In this document: positions 53,928 to 63,746 of the stretch, piece by piece
How positions within the stretch are numbered: the stretch's first letter is position 1
How the letters are laid out: every line of letters begins with the position of its first letter
Made by a program: the position numbers and the translations under genes
The notes under the pieces: generated by a model
The model's database searches: none
Seen by the model: only the letters and a program-made list of their open reading frames with translations
What the model was told of the DNA's origin: nothing
NCBI GenBank assembly: GCA_023391105.1
Contig: JAEWBO010000023.1
Span: forward strand, 19,640 to 83,639
Reading direction: 5' to 3'
Source of the DNA: Bacillota bacterium
GTDB taxonomy: Bacteria > Bacillota > Clostridia > Christensenellales > SZUA-584
Length of the DNA: 64,000 bases

Positions 53928-55396
53928 CTTCCATACTTTTTATTTAGACACAGTATCTCGTCTTTAAGCACTTCTGTCAACTGCTCCGGCAGCATGCGCC
54001 ATTTCCAGTTCAGCCCCACCGTGCCCGGTGTATTCATCCTCGCATCGCTGCCCAGTCTTAAAAAATCCTGCATCGGGACGATGGCGGTATCCGCAACGCT
54101 GCCAAAAGACGCTTCAATCAGCGCACCGCAAATATCCTGGCCATCGCCGATTTTAAGATAGTCAACTGCGAGCCGCCGCCGGGCTTCAGTGGCCTTGCTC
54201 CACCAACCCATGGCAGTATCGTTATCGTGCGTGCCCGTATACAGTACGGTGTTATGTGTGAGATTATGCGGCAGATGCATGTTTTTCATGTCTGAATCAA
54301 ACGCGAAGAGCAGCACCTTCATGCCGGGATAGCCGCAGGCTCTTAGCAGCCGTTTCACCTTGGGGGTGACCACCCCTAAATCCTCCGCCACGATTGACAT
54401 GGACGGAATCTCGCGGCAAAGGACTTCGAAGAACCCCCGTCCGGGGCCGTTTCGCCATTTGCCGTATCTCGCGGTCGGCGCGTCCGCCGGAATCGTATAG
54501 TAGTTGGCGAAACCAATAAAATGATCGATACGCATGATATCGTAGTAATCAAACATCGCGCGCATGCGGCGTATCCACCATTCATACCCTGTTTTTTTGT
54601 GCATCTGCCAGTCATAGATCGGGTTGCCCCAAAGCTGGCCGTCTTGCGTAAAGTAATCCGGCGGCACACCGGCCACGCACATAGGCCGCCTTTGCTCGTT
54701 GAGCACAAACAAGTGCGGCTCGGCCCAGGTGTCTGCCGAATCCATCGCCACATATATTGGCATGTCGCCGAAAATCTCAATACCGTTTTTATTTGCGTAT
54801 TCCTTAAGCGCATACCATTGCTTAAAAAAGAGATATTGCACAAACGAATGAAACGCGATCTCCTCGCTGAGCTCGGCGGCATACCTGCCCATCGCGTCAG
54901 GCTGACGAAAACGAATCGCGTCATCGGGCCATTCGCTCCAGGCCTTGCCGCCAAACTTGTCTTTGAGTGCAGAGAAAAACGCATAATCAAATAGCCACGG
55001 CGTTTTGTTTACAAAGTCGTCCACGTTGTTTTTTAAACCGGCATACGAGCGTTTAAAAGCGGCTCGCAGTACCGCATGGCGCGTATAATAAAGATACTCG
55101 TAATCGATATACTGTCTGTCTTTGTCAGGATCGAGATGACCGTAGTCGGCTTGACTCAATATACCGTCATTTTTGAGCATATCAAGGTCGATAAAATACG
55201 GATTGCCCGCAAATGTAGAAAAGCTCTGATAGGGAGAATCTCCATAGCTCGTCGGCCCAATGGGCAGCACCTGCCATATCTTTGTGCCGGTTGCTGCCAT
55301 GAAATCGACGAATTTATATGCTTCCTGCCCTAATGTGCCAATGCCGTAAGGAGAGGGCAGAGAAGAAATGTGCATCAATATGCCGCTGCGCTGCAT
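53924..55396 (-). CDS. malQ: 4-alpha-glucanotransferase (amylomaltase)
   Basis: The motifs GILMHISSLPSPYGIG, SPYQSFSTFAGNPYFID, RIDHFIGF and the IVAEDLG region are present. Confidence 0.9.
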   Translation of the reverse strand: MQRSGILMHISSLPSPYGIGTLGQEAYKFVDFMAATGTKIWQVLPIGPTSYGDSPYQSFSTFAGNPYFIDLDMLKNDGILSQADYGHLDPDKDRQYIDYEYLYYTRHAVLRAAFKRSYAGLKNNVDDFVNKTPWLFDYAFFSALKDKFGGKAWSEWPDDAIRFRQPDAMGRYAAELSEEIAFHSFVQYLFFKQWYALKEYANKNGIEIFGDMPIYVAMDSADTWAEPHLFVLNEQRRPMCVAGVPPDYFTQDGQLWGNPIYDWQMHKKTGYEWWIRRMRAMFDYYDIMRIDHFIGFANYYTIPADAPTARYGKWRNGPGRGFFEVLCREIPSMSIVAEDLGVVTPKVKRLLRACGYPGMKVLLFAFDSDMKNMHLPHNLTHNTVLYTGTHDNDTAMGWWSKATEARRRLAVDYLKIGDGQDICGALIEASFGSVADTAIVPMQDFLRLGSDARMNTPGTVGLNWKWRMLPEQLTEVLKDEILCLNKKYGR

Positions 55397-55417
55397 ACCA
55401 AACCTCCTGCTGCTGTA

Positions 55418-56266
55418 CTAGCCTTTTACCGCGCCAGCGACAACACCTTTTATAATATACTTCTGACAAGAAAGGTAAAAAACGATAATCGGGATGATTG
55501 CGAGGGTCAGCATCGCCATCATTGCGCCCATATCGATAGACCCATATCCACCCTTTAGGTATTGAATCACGATCGGAATGGTTCTGTGGTCACTGTCGAG
55601 CAGCAAGTACGGAAGAAGATAATCGTTCCATATCCACATTGTGTTCAAAATAGCGACCGTGACCGCTGTGGGACGCAATATTGGGAAAACCACCTTAAAG
55701 AATGTGCGGATCGGGCCGCAGCCGTCAATCAGAGCCGCTTCCTCTATATCAACAGGTATCGACTTGACAAATCCACTGAACATAAACGTGGACAGTCCCG
55801 CGCCAAAACCCAGATAAATTACGATTATACCGAAAGGGTTATCGAGATGCAGCATGTTTGCAAACTTGGACATAGTAAACATGACCATCTGAAACGGGAC
55901 GATCATGGAAAACACCAGCACATAGTAAATCACTTTCGTGTAAGTCTTCTTGACTCTCGTGATGTACCAGCCGGTCATGGAAGTAAACAGCACAATCGCG
56001 ATTACGGAGAATACCGTGATGAACAGCGACCATCCAAACGCGTTGAAAAAGCCTGTTTTTTCAATGCCGCTTATATAGTTATCAAAACCAACCAACGTGC
56101 CTTCGGCAGACGAGGGTAATGAAAACGGTTCGGAGCTGATAAACAGCTTGCCTTTAAACGAGTTCATCACCACAAAGCCGATCGGCAGCAAGAATACGAC
56201 GGCAATCACGCCGATGAGTAAAGACGCTATCGAACGATTGAAATCCTTTTTTCTTATATGATTCAT
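55418..56266 (-). CDS. carbohydrate ABC transporter permease (MalG-like)
   Basis: Six TM helices. The EAA loop is EEAALIDGCGPIRTFFKVVFP. Confidence 0.8.
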   Translation of the reverse strand: MNHIRKKDFNRSIASLLIGVIAVVFLLPIGFVVMNSFKGKLFISSEPFSLPSSAEGTLVGFDNYISGIEKTGFFNAFGWSLFITVFSVIAIVLFTSMTGWYITRVKKTYTKVIYYVLVFSMIVPFQMVMFTMSKFANMLHLDNPFGIIVIYLGFGAGLSTFMFSGFVKSIPVDIEEAALIDGCGPIRTFFKVVFPILRPTAVTVAILNTMWIWNDYLLPYLLLDSDHRTIPIVIQYLKGGYGSIDMGAMMAMLTLAIIPIIVFYLSCQKYIIKGVVAGAVKG

Positions 56267-57108
56267 TGCTCAACCTCCTTGCGTCTCGTGATCAGCAGCT
56301 GTATGAGCGACAGCGCGCCAACCACAATGAAGAACACAACTGCCTTGGCCTGGCCGACGCCTTCCCAGCCGTTGCGTGTATAGAATGTATTGAAGATATC
56401 CAGCGCCACCATCGCCGTTTGTTTGGACGGGGCTCCTGCCGTGAGCGCAAGGTTTTGGTCAAACAGTTTGAATGAATTGGTGAGCGTCAAAAATGTGCAG
56501 ATCGTGACAGCGGGCATCACCATGGGTATCGTGACATTTCTTAATACTCCCCACTTTCCCGCCCCGTCAACTCTTGCGGCGTCGATCAGATCGCCGGGGA
56601 TATTCTGTATACCTGCCACGTAAATGATCATCATATAGCCGATGAGCTGCCAGTTCATGAGTATCACGAGGCCCCAAAACCCATACTCAGGGCTATATGT
56701 CAGCGTCACACCGAAAAGGGCGAGTATGCCGTTCAATATTACTTGCCAGATGTATCCGAGCACGATACCGCCGATCAGATTGGGCGTAAAAAAAGCGGTC
56801 CGAAAAGCGTTGGTTCCCTTAAGGCCGCGCGTCAGCAATAAAGCAAGACCAAACCCCAAGACGTTAATAGTAATGATGGATACAATCGTAAATTTTGTCG
56901 TAAACCAAAGGGCGTTCAAAAACTCATCGTTGGCAGTGAACGCTTTAACGTAGTTTGCAACGCCGACCCACTGAACGCTTGTGACCGTTGTGAATTTTGT
57001 AAATGACAGGTACACACCCATAATAAACGGGATAACAAACGCGATCACAAAGGCAATGAGGGTTGGCAATGCAAAGACAGCGAAGTATTTCGAGAGCGTT
57101 TTTTGCAT
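56263..57108 (-). CDS. carbohydrate ABC transporter permease (MalF-like)
   Basis: The EAA loop is IDAARVDGAGKWGVLRNVTIP. The gene overlaps its downstream partner by 4 nt. Confidence 0.8.
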   Translation of the reverse strand: MQKTLSKYFAVFALPTLIAFVIAFVIPFIMGVYLSFTKFTTVTSVQWVGVANYVKAFTANDEFLNALWFTTKFTIVSIITINVLGFGLALLLTRGLKGTNAFRTAFFTPNLIGGIVLGYIWQVILNGILALFGVTLTYSPEYGFWGLVILMNWQLIGYMMIIYVAGIQNIPGDLIDAARVDGAGKWGVLRNVTIPMVMPAVTICTFLTLTNSFKLFDQNLALTAGAPSKQTAMVALDIFNTFYTRNGWEGVGQAKAVVFFIVVGALSLIQLLITRRKEVEQ

Positions 57109-57218
57109 ATCGTAATCCCTTCTTTACCACCCCAAAAAGCTAAGCCTTCCAGGGACCCCAAGTATACATGCTGCCCCGCCGTCACAGCGGAGCAGCACAT
57201 CATTTCTTAATCGTTAAA

Positions 57219-58634
57219 TCAGCCGTTCACATTGGCCCATTCAGCGGCCCATGTATCCTTCACAAGCTGTGTCACTTCGTCCCAGGTCTTTGTGCCATTT
57301 GCGTACTCAAGCAGAGCAGCACCGAAGGTGTTCTTGAACTCCTGCGACGGGAACGCTGCGAACGTCCACGGTACCGTCTTTACGCCGTCTTTTGACATCC
57401 AGGCGAGCACTTCTTTGGCAAGCGGATCAGATGGCTTTTCATCATCACTGAACGTATTGAAGGGCGCAATGAATCCGAGCTTATCTTTCACAAATCCTTT
57501 GCCTGTGTCGCTGGAGAACAGCCATACGAGGAAGTCGAGAGACGCCTGCTGTTTCTCAGCTGAAGCCTGGCTATTGATGCAGAAAAAGTTTTCTGTACCG
57601 ATGCAAAGGCCCTGGTTTTCTTCACCCGCCATGCTCGTGTAAATCGGCAGGAACTTGATATCTTCGTCGGCCACGGTGTTGCCTTCGACGCCGAGTATCT
57701 GCGAAGCACCCCAGTTGCCGTTCTGAACCATCGCGCATTTGCCGAGCGCAAATTCCGCCATGGAGTCGTTCACGGAGATGTTGCCGACCATCGCTTTTTC
57801 CGAAACGGAATCGTTCAGGTACAAATCAAATATATTTTTGAAGTTGTCACTGTATTTAAATTCGATGGTATCTGCAGCAAGTCCTGCCAGAATCGTGCTG
57901 TCGTACTCGGTATTTTCCACGAATTCATAGTACATCGGCACATTGGCAAGGTGTGTCTGCCAGCGCCAGTCTTCACCAGTCAGCAATGATGTCGATGCAA
58001 AAACGCCTTCAATACCAAGGTCGTCCTTTTTGGCCTGCATATCTTCCACCACAGCCTTGAGGGTCGCATAATTGTTGATTTCGTCCATCGACTTAGCCAC
58101 AGCGCCGTCCAGCGCGAAGTATTTGTTCATAATGGCATTGTTGTAGATAATGCCATAGCCTTCAACCGCATAAGGAATGCCAAACACGCCGTCTCCGCTG
58201 GTCACCGCGAGGCTTTGGTCGGACAGCATATTATAAAGCTCAGAGCCGGAAAGATCCATGCAGTAGTCCTTCCATGTCTGATAGCCGACAGGCCCGTTAA
58301 TCTGGAAGATTGTCGGGGCATCCGTTTTTGCGATTTCACTCTTCAAAGTGGCTTCATACGTACCGGCCGCAGCGGTTTCTACCTTGACTTTCACACCGGT
58401 TTCTTCTTCATAAGCCGCAGCAATCTCAGTATACACATCTGCGATTTCCGGTTTGAAGTTTAAGAAATAGATTTCAGTGCCAGCCGCCGGAGCGGGATCA
58501 CTTTCAATTGTTTGCGCGGATTCCGTTAGTGCAGGCTCGGAACTTTGAGCATCATCAGCAGTAGGTGAAGAGCATGCTGCAAAAGCTGCCACACACATGA
58601 GAATGACAAGAAGGAGCGATAGGGTTTTCTTCAT
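57219..58634 (-). CDS. sugar ABC transporter substrate-binding lipoprotein
   Basis: Lipobox AFAACSS. The size and composition fit family-1 SBPs. The start is trimmed to 58634 behind a GAGGTGG RBS. Confidence 0.8.
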   Translation of the reverse strand: MKKTLSLLLVILMCVAAFAACSSPTADDAQSSEPALTESAQTIESDPAPAAGTEIYFLNFKPEIADVYTEIAAAYEEETGVKVKVETAAAGTYEATLKSEIAKTDAPTIFQINGPVGYQTWKDYCMDLSGSELYNMLSDQSLAVTSGDGVFGIPYAVEGYGIIYNNAIMNKYFALDGAVAKSMDEINNYATLKAVVEDMQAKKDDLGIEGVFASTSLLTGEDWRWQTHLANVPMYYEFVENTEYDSTILAGLAADTIEFKYSDNFKNIFDLYLNDSVSEKAMVGNISVNDSMAEFALGKCAMVQNGNWGASQILGVEGNTVADEDIKFLPIYTSMAGEENQGLCIGTENFFCINSQASAEKQQASLDFLVWLFSSDTGKGFVKDKLGFIAPFNTFSDDEKPSDPLAKEVLAWMSKDGVKTVPWTFAAFPSQEFKNTFGAALLEYANGTKTWDEVTQLVKDTWAAEWANVNG

Positions 58635-58688
58635 TAATTCCACCTCTTTCAAATTATTGTTTTCATTGTACGGGAAAGGCCGTACAAA

Positions 58689-59735
58689 CTAATAATCAAG
58701 TCTACGCAGAGAGTTTCCCCGCCGCAGTGTGGTGCCGAGCACAATGTGACGGCTGTCTGCGCTGCCCTCAATGAGGTCAATGAGCAGACCAGCGCTCTCT
58801 TTGGCGATCTCATCGGCTGGCTGTTCAAGAGTGGTGAGTGTGGGTGTGGTGTAATTGGATATTTCAAGACCGTCAATAGAAATGAGTGAGCAGTCGTCAG
58901 GTACGTTTCGACCATGATCAGCCAGCGCTTTGATGGCGGCAATCGCCATGGCATCAGCGATGGCAAACACAGCTGTAAATTCTTTGCCGCTTTGTATCAG
59001 ACGCTCCATGCCCTCATACGCATCCGGCATGTTGAAGCTGTTTGTGCATACCACGAGTGACATATCCAGCGGCAGACCGCACTCTTCAAGCGCCTGCATA
59101 TATCCCGAAAAGCGCAGCTCACTAATAGACTTATCGTCTGTTCGCGCCACCAGCGTCGCAATACGCCTGTGTCCGTTTTCGTATAGCCGTTTAACCGCCC
59201 CATATGCTTCTTCCTTATCATTAATAGCCACAGACGAGTAAGACATCGGATCAAGGCTGCCAAAGGTATTGGTGTAGGTGCAGCATACAAATGGAATGCT
59301 CAAAAGCTCAGTCTCTTCGGGGGAATAATTAAACCGTCCCCCGAGAAGCAGAACACCGCGTAGGCGTTTTTCCTTCGCGATCATTGCCGCTGTTTTGATT
59401 TCATCGTCATCGCTGCCGATCTGATGCAGTATCATCGAATAACCGCGTTGATAGATTTCCTGTTCAACACCTTTGATGATACGCGTAAAAAACGGGTTGG
59501 ATATGCCGCGAATAACAAGCGCAATGGAGTCGGAGCTTGTACGTACAAGATTCCTGGCACTGTTGTTGGGAATGTATCCATTCTTCCGAATAACCTCCAT
59601 CACACGTTTGCGCATATCATCGCTGACGTCCTGATGGTCGTTAAGCACACGCGACACGGTACTGACGCTGACATTGCACAATCTTGCAATGTCCTTAATT
59701 GTTTGCTCTTTCAACTCAGTTTCCCTTTCAGACAT
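58689..59735 (-). CDS. LacI-family transcriptional regulator
   Basis: The HTH is TIKDIARLCNVSVSTVSRVLN, followed by a periplasmic-binding-fold core. I prefer the ATG at 59735. The ORF-track extension to 59807 translates the operator palindrome. Confidence 0.8.
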   Translation of the reverse strand: MSERETELKEQTIKDIARLCNVSVSTVSRVLNDHQDVSDDMRKRVMEVIRKNGYIPNNSARNLVRTSSDSIALVIRGISNPFFTRIIKGVEQEIYQRGYSMILHQIGSDDDEIKTAAMIAKEKRLRGVLLLGGRFNYSPEETELLSIPFVCCTYTNTFGSLDPMSYSSVAINDKEEAYGAVKRLYENGHRRIATLVARTDDKSISELRFSGYMQALEECGLPLDMSLVVCTNSFNMPDAYEGMERLIQSGKEFTAVFAIADAMAIAAIKALADHGRNVPDDCSLISIDGLEISNYTTPTLTTLEQPADEIAKESAGLLIDLIEGSADSRHIVLGTTLRRGNSLRRLDY

Positions 59736-59777
59736 ATTAACCGAGATCAAATCGGAAGCGTTTCCGATCACATTTCC

Positions 59778-59801
59778 GGAAACGTTACCGGTAACGTTTC
59801 C
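59778..59801. promoter_or_regulatory. perfect 24-bp palindrome, probable LacI-family operator
   Basis: GGAAACGTTACC|GGTAACGTTTCC contains two AACGTT cores. It lies just downstream of the predicted promoter. Confidence 0.6.
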
Positions 59802-59819
59802 AGCCATCCGTTGATTATG

Positions 59820-59848
59820 ATATTACTACCCCGCCGTCTTTAAGTCAA
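59820..59848 (-). promoter_or_regulatory. promoter of the lacI-maltodextrin operon
   Basis: On the minus strand, TTGACT-17 nt-TAATAT. Confidence 0.55.
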
Positions 59849-60076
59849 TAAAATTATTTCACAGCCATTATACGTGCTACGCTTTATTGTCGATTCCAAA
59901 TTTTTAAGAATATTAATAAAATCCAAAATAACGGGCAATGTTTGCATGGATTTGCTTGACGTTTCCTTGATATAATGGTATTTATTAAGCTATATAGTTT
60001 CAATATAATCAATATAAATATCATTTGCCATCTAGCTTAACCAATATATATGAGTTATTACGGGGAGATGTTCTGC

Positions 60077-60985
60077 ATGCGTATCTTAATCGCCGATGAC
60101 AGCCTGACGTGCCGTCTTATTCTATCTGCCGCGCTCAAAGATAACAGCTATGATGTGCTGGAAACAGCCGATGGTCTCGATGCTTGGATGGAGCTTAGCA
60201 AGCCCGACGCGCCTCAGATCGCTATTCTCGACTGGATAATGCCGAAGCTAGACGGGCTTGAGCTTATTCAAAAGATACGCGCCAGCCGAACCGACCGTCC
60301 GCCATATATCATCATGCTTACCGGCAAGAGTGAAAAGAAGGACATTATCGTAGGTCTTAATGCCGGCGCAAACGATTATCTTATTAAGCCCTTTGACACC
60401 AGCGAACTGCATGCCAGGGTAGAGGTTGGCCGCCGTATGATCGAGCTGCAGGATGCGCTGATAAAGAGCAAGGAAAAACTGGCCTATCAGGCCACCCACG
60501 ATCCCCTTACAGGTCTGCTCAATCGTCGCGCGATTCTTGACCGGCTTGGCGATGAATTTTCGATTGCGAGTCGCAGAAACCACATGCTCTGCGTGGGTAT
60601 TTGTGATATCGACCATTTTAAGCACATTAATGATACATTCGGCCATCAAACCGGTGATGATATTCTTTGCAAGCTATCAAAAATTTTGGAACAGGTGACC
60701 GGCGATTGTGATCACATTGGACGCATCGGCGGAGAAGAGTTCCTGATCATTTCATCTACAGATTCGGAAAGCGATCTTTGTTCACGGTTTGAAAGATACA
60801 GACGGCAGATTGCCGACGCCGGTCTTATGACACGCGCTGGCGCATTATCTGTATCGGTCAGCATCGGTGTGGCGAGCTGCTCAGGAAAGAATACCGTTGA
60901 TGAACTGCTTGCCGCAGCCGATGCCGCGCTTTACGACGCAAAAAAACAAGGCAGAAATTGTGTTCAGTATACACGGCTCAGTTAA
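60077..60985 (+). CDS. response-regulator receiver plus GGDEF diguanylate cyclase
   Basis: The REC domain shows MRILIADDS...LDWIMPKLDG...KP. The GGDEF domain shows RIGGEEFLII. The start is trimmed to 60077 behind a GGGGAG RBS. Confidence 0.85.
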   Translation: MRILIADDSLTCRLILSAALKDNSYDVLETADGLDAWMELSKPDAPQIAILDWIMPKLDGLELIQKIRASRTDRPPYIIMLTGKSEKKDIIVGLNAGANDYLIKPFDTSELHARVEVGRRMIELQDALIKSKEKLAYQATHDPLTGLLNRRAILDRLGDEFSIASRRNHMLCVGICDIDHFKHINDTFGHQTGDDILCKLSKILEQVTGDCDHIGRIGGEEFLIISSTDSESDLCSRFERYRRQIADAGLMTRAGALSVSVSIGVASCSGKNTVDELLAAADAALYDAKKQGRNCVQYTRLS

Positions 60986-60988
60986 GCC

Positions 60989-61357
60989 TCATGCTTTAAC
61001 AAATGACTTGCCCAGCCATACCGCGAGAACACACAGCACCACACTGAGCACGATATAGATGAGACCAAGGGCTGTTTTCCCTCCGCTGAACAGCTGTGAT
61101 GTTTCCAAAGCAAAAGTTGAAAATGTGGTAAATCCGCCGCAGACCCCAACCTTTAAGAATAATAAGACATGGGGATTAAGACCGCTGTGCTTTTCTGTTA
61201 GCCCCACGATAATGCCTATTGCCAAAGCACCCGCGATATTGATCAACATTGTCATAAGCGGAAAGCTTGCCTTATCCGACAGATGGATAAGCCCCAGAAG
61301 ATAACGTAAGACCGAACCTACAAATCCACCAAGACCTATCCATAAACAGTTGATCAT
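60989..61357 (-). CDS. crcB: fluoride channel CrcB/FluC
   Basis: 122 aa with 4 TM helices. The motifs GGFVGSVLRY and GGFTTFSTF are present. Confidence 0.85.
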   Translation of the reverse strand: MINCLWIGLGGFVGSVLRYLLGLIHLSDKASFPLMTMLINIAGALAIGIIVGLTEKHSGLNPHVLLFLKVGVCGGFTTFSTFALETSQLFSGGKTALGLIYIVLSVVLCVLAVWLGKSFVKA

Positions 61358-61463
61358 GTATGCTCATCCCTTCACAATCAGAAATCAGAAAAAGCTTATA
61401 CAATCTGATGGATAATGTCAATATCAGCACCATATTGCCGTCTTATCTGATAGAAATGACAGG

Positions 61464-63746
61464 TTAATGTCTCTTTCTCACTCTCACAATCCAAATAGAC
61501 ACACCTGACATTAGCGCCGTCAAAAGCCCCAACACGATAATGAGGGTCTCTGAGTGATCATCCAGCAAAAATGAACGGTTGGCAAGGCTGATGGGTTCGC
61601 CGTATATGGTTTGAGCATTCATGCTATCGGTTGCAGCAGGCACCGCCTTGCTTTCCATCGTCACCATTTCGCCAGCTTCAAACCCAAGCTCTGTTTCACG
61701 TTCATTGGGATCATCGCTGTTATCCGTTGACATGCTATCTATCTCTTGTGTACCGGCGTTTTTATCCAAGGCTGCTACAGGACGATACTGTGCTCTTACT
61801 GTCAGATCTGAAGTAACCTTATCAAATGATGCATCCCAACCGGTGAACGCATATCCTTCACGATTCGGATGTGCCGGTGCAATCGCGGAAGCGTTCCAGT
61901 TCACATTCTGGACGCTTAGCTCGCCGCCGTCTTCGTCTACAAATCTGACGGTATAGCTGTTGATTTCATACCGTGCAGTGACTGTGATGTTATCCGATAT
62001 ACTGTCCAGCGATGCATCCCAGCCGATAAATGTATATCCTTCTTTATCGGGCGCATTCGGCGGCGTGGCACTGCCGCCTGCGCATACCCCGTCTGTATCG
62101 ATTACCCGCCCCATATCGTCAACGAACGTCACCGTAAAGCCGTCCTTTATATAGCTCGCCGCAGCATTGATATTCTCCCTTACATTTATAAGGCTGTCGG
62201 CCTCGCTGGTATCGCTGCCCGAGAGCACCCACCCATCAAACGCATAGCCCATCACAACCGGCGCTGCTTCCAGCACAGCCGCACTGCCCCAATTCACCGT
62301 CTGCGGCAGACCGATCGGCGTGATGCCGTCCTGTTCATAGAACGCCACGGTATACTGACGGATATCCCAATTTGCATACAACGTGATATCTTTTGCAGGC
62401 ATGGTGTCCGTCTCAAAGCGCCACCGACTCCCCTCACCGATAAACCAGCCTGCAAAATCATGGCCGTCACGCGTTGGCTTATCGGGTTCCAAGACGGGAT
62501 GCCCAAACTCAACAGATTTATTTTCAGCGACACCGTTGGCTTGAAATGACACCACATAGCTGTTTGTTTCAAATACCGCCGTATAATCAGTCGCTTCGGC
62601 AATCTGCTTTTCGTCAATCTGCGTCTTGCTCAATGTCTGTGTTCCGTCGGTCCATCCCGCAAACGTATACCCCTCTTTTATCGGATCGTCCGGCGCTGTT
62701 GCATACTTGCCATGCTCCACCTGCTGTGCCTCGCCGATTCGGTTGCCCTCATCATCAAGGAAACATACGTCATATTCTTTGGCATCAAACACCGCTGTGT
62801 ATTCAACAGGGTTTGTCACTTCCAAGCTCCCGATCTGCGCGCCGCTCAGCGGTATGCCCGTTCCGTTGCTCCATCCTGCAAACGTATGCCCCTCTTTTGT
62901 CGGATCATCCGGCGCGGTTGCATGATTGCCATGCTCTACTATTTGCGTATCGCCGACCTGTATGCCATTGACATCAAAGAAACATACGTCATATTCTTTG
63001 GCATCAAACACGGCTGTATATTCAACAGGGTTTGTCACTTCCAAGCTCTCGATCTGCGCGCCGCTCAGCAGTGTACCCTCTCCGTTACTCCATCCCGCAA
63101 ACGTATGCCCCTCTTTTGTCGGATCATCCGGCGCGGTTGCATAATTGCCATGCTCTACTATTTGCGTATCGCCGACCTGTATGCCATTGACATCAAAGAA
63201 ACGTACATCATACGTGCTTGTCCATTTCGCGTAGAAGGTGACGTTACCTTTAACAGTGTATGGGAAGACCACTTTTTCACTCGTGCATAAAGCATCCGTA
63301 TACCAGCCGCCGAACTCGTAAAAATCCTGCGTAGGAGTTGGCATGGATATAGAATCGCCAAAGCTTTTCATCTCAGTAAGCGCAGATGTGCCGTCTTGAA
63401 GATCAAAGGTAATCACATAACCAAAGGAGGCATACTTAGGGGTGAAATATCTGTTACTCGAAACAATAACAACTGAATTATCCATCAGCTGGTTCGTCTC
63501 GTTGTCTATCCAACCTACAAAATACCAGCCAGATATATTCGCCTGGGGTTTAGTATCCATTAAATCAATAGATTCATTACCGCCCACTACGAAGCTTCTT
63601 CCGGTCACTTCAGTAATATTTTCAAGGGTACCAAAGTTGTTATTAGAAATGTAAACCTTGCAATATCGTATAATTGCTGCATTTGACGTTATCGGTGTCA
63701 TAATAAATGTAAGCAAAACCAACAGGAGCATAACGATCTTTTTCAT
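61464..63746 (-). CDS. large surface protein built from Listeria-Bacteroides (InlB B-repeat/Flg_new) repeats with a C-terminal TM anchor
   Basis: Signal peptide MKKIVMLLLVLL. There are at least 9 repeats carrying the (Y/H)(T/A/D)F.GW signature (YFVGW, YEFGGW, HTFAGW x2, YTFAGW, HDFAGW, YAFDGW, YTFIGW, YAFTGW). The C-terminus is LIIVLGLLTALMSGVSIWIVRVRKRH. Confidence 0.8.
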   Translation of the reverse strand: MKKIVMLLLVLLTFIMTPITSNAAIIRYCKVYISNNNFGTLENITEVTGRSFVVGGNESIDLMDTKPQANISGWYFVGWIDNETNQLMDNSVVIVSSNRYFTPKYASFGYVITFDLQDGTSALTEMKSFGDSISMPTPTQDFYEFGGWYTDALCTSEKVVFPYTVKGNVTFYAKWTSTYDVRFFDVNGIQVGDTQIVEHGNYATAPDDPTKEGHTFAGWSNGEGTLLSGAQIESLEVTNPVEYTAVFDAKEYDVCFFDVNGIQVGDTQIVEHGNHATAPDDPTKEGHTFAGWSNGTGIPLSGAQIGSLEVTNPVEYTAVFDAKEYDVCFLDDEGNRIGEAQQVEHGKYATAPDDPIKEGYTFAGWTDGTQTLSKTQIDEKQIAEATDYTAVFETNSYVVSFQANGVAENKSVEFGHPVLEPDKPTRDGHDFAGWFIGEGSRWRFETDTMPAKDITLYANWDIRQYTVAFYEQDGITPIGLPQTVNWGSAAVLEAAPVVMGYAFDGWVLSGSDTSEADSLINVRENINAAASYIKDGFTVTFVDDMGRVIDTDGVCAGGSATPPNAPDKEGYTFIGWDASLDSISDNITVTARYEINSYTVRFVDEDGGELSVQNVNWNASAIAPAHPNREGYAFTGWDASFDKVTSDLTVRAQYRPVAALDKNAGTQEIDSMSTDNSDDPNERETELGFEAGEMVTMESKAVPAATDSMNAQTIYGEPISLANRSFLLDDHSETLIIVLGLLTALMSGVSIWIVRVRKRH
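62775..63212. repeat. two near-identical 219-nt tandem coding repeats
   Basis: The 73-aa units YDV(R/C)FFDVNGIQVGDTQIVEHGN(Y/H)ATAPDDPTKEGHTFAGWSNG...EYTAVFDAKE differ at only a few positions. More diverged copies flank them. Confidence 0.85.

Noticed and set aside
58667-58686. TGTACGG-gaaagg-CCGTACA palindrome between lacI and the SBP gene, considered as a second LacI operator or terminator
   Set aside because: It lacks the AACGTT/CG-centred core seen in the 59778 palindrome and has no U-tract. A 7-bp stem alone is weak evidence.
61358-61463. Possible fluoride (crcB-motif) riboswitch upstream of crcB
   Set aside because: I read the ~105-nt leader on the coding strand. It lacks the conserved crcB-motif elements I recall (a GGnGAUGG...CC pseudoknot partner and a GCUGAUGA-type 3' segment). 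Only a loose GGUGCUGAUAUUGAC resemblance is present. An Infernal scan would settle it.
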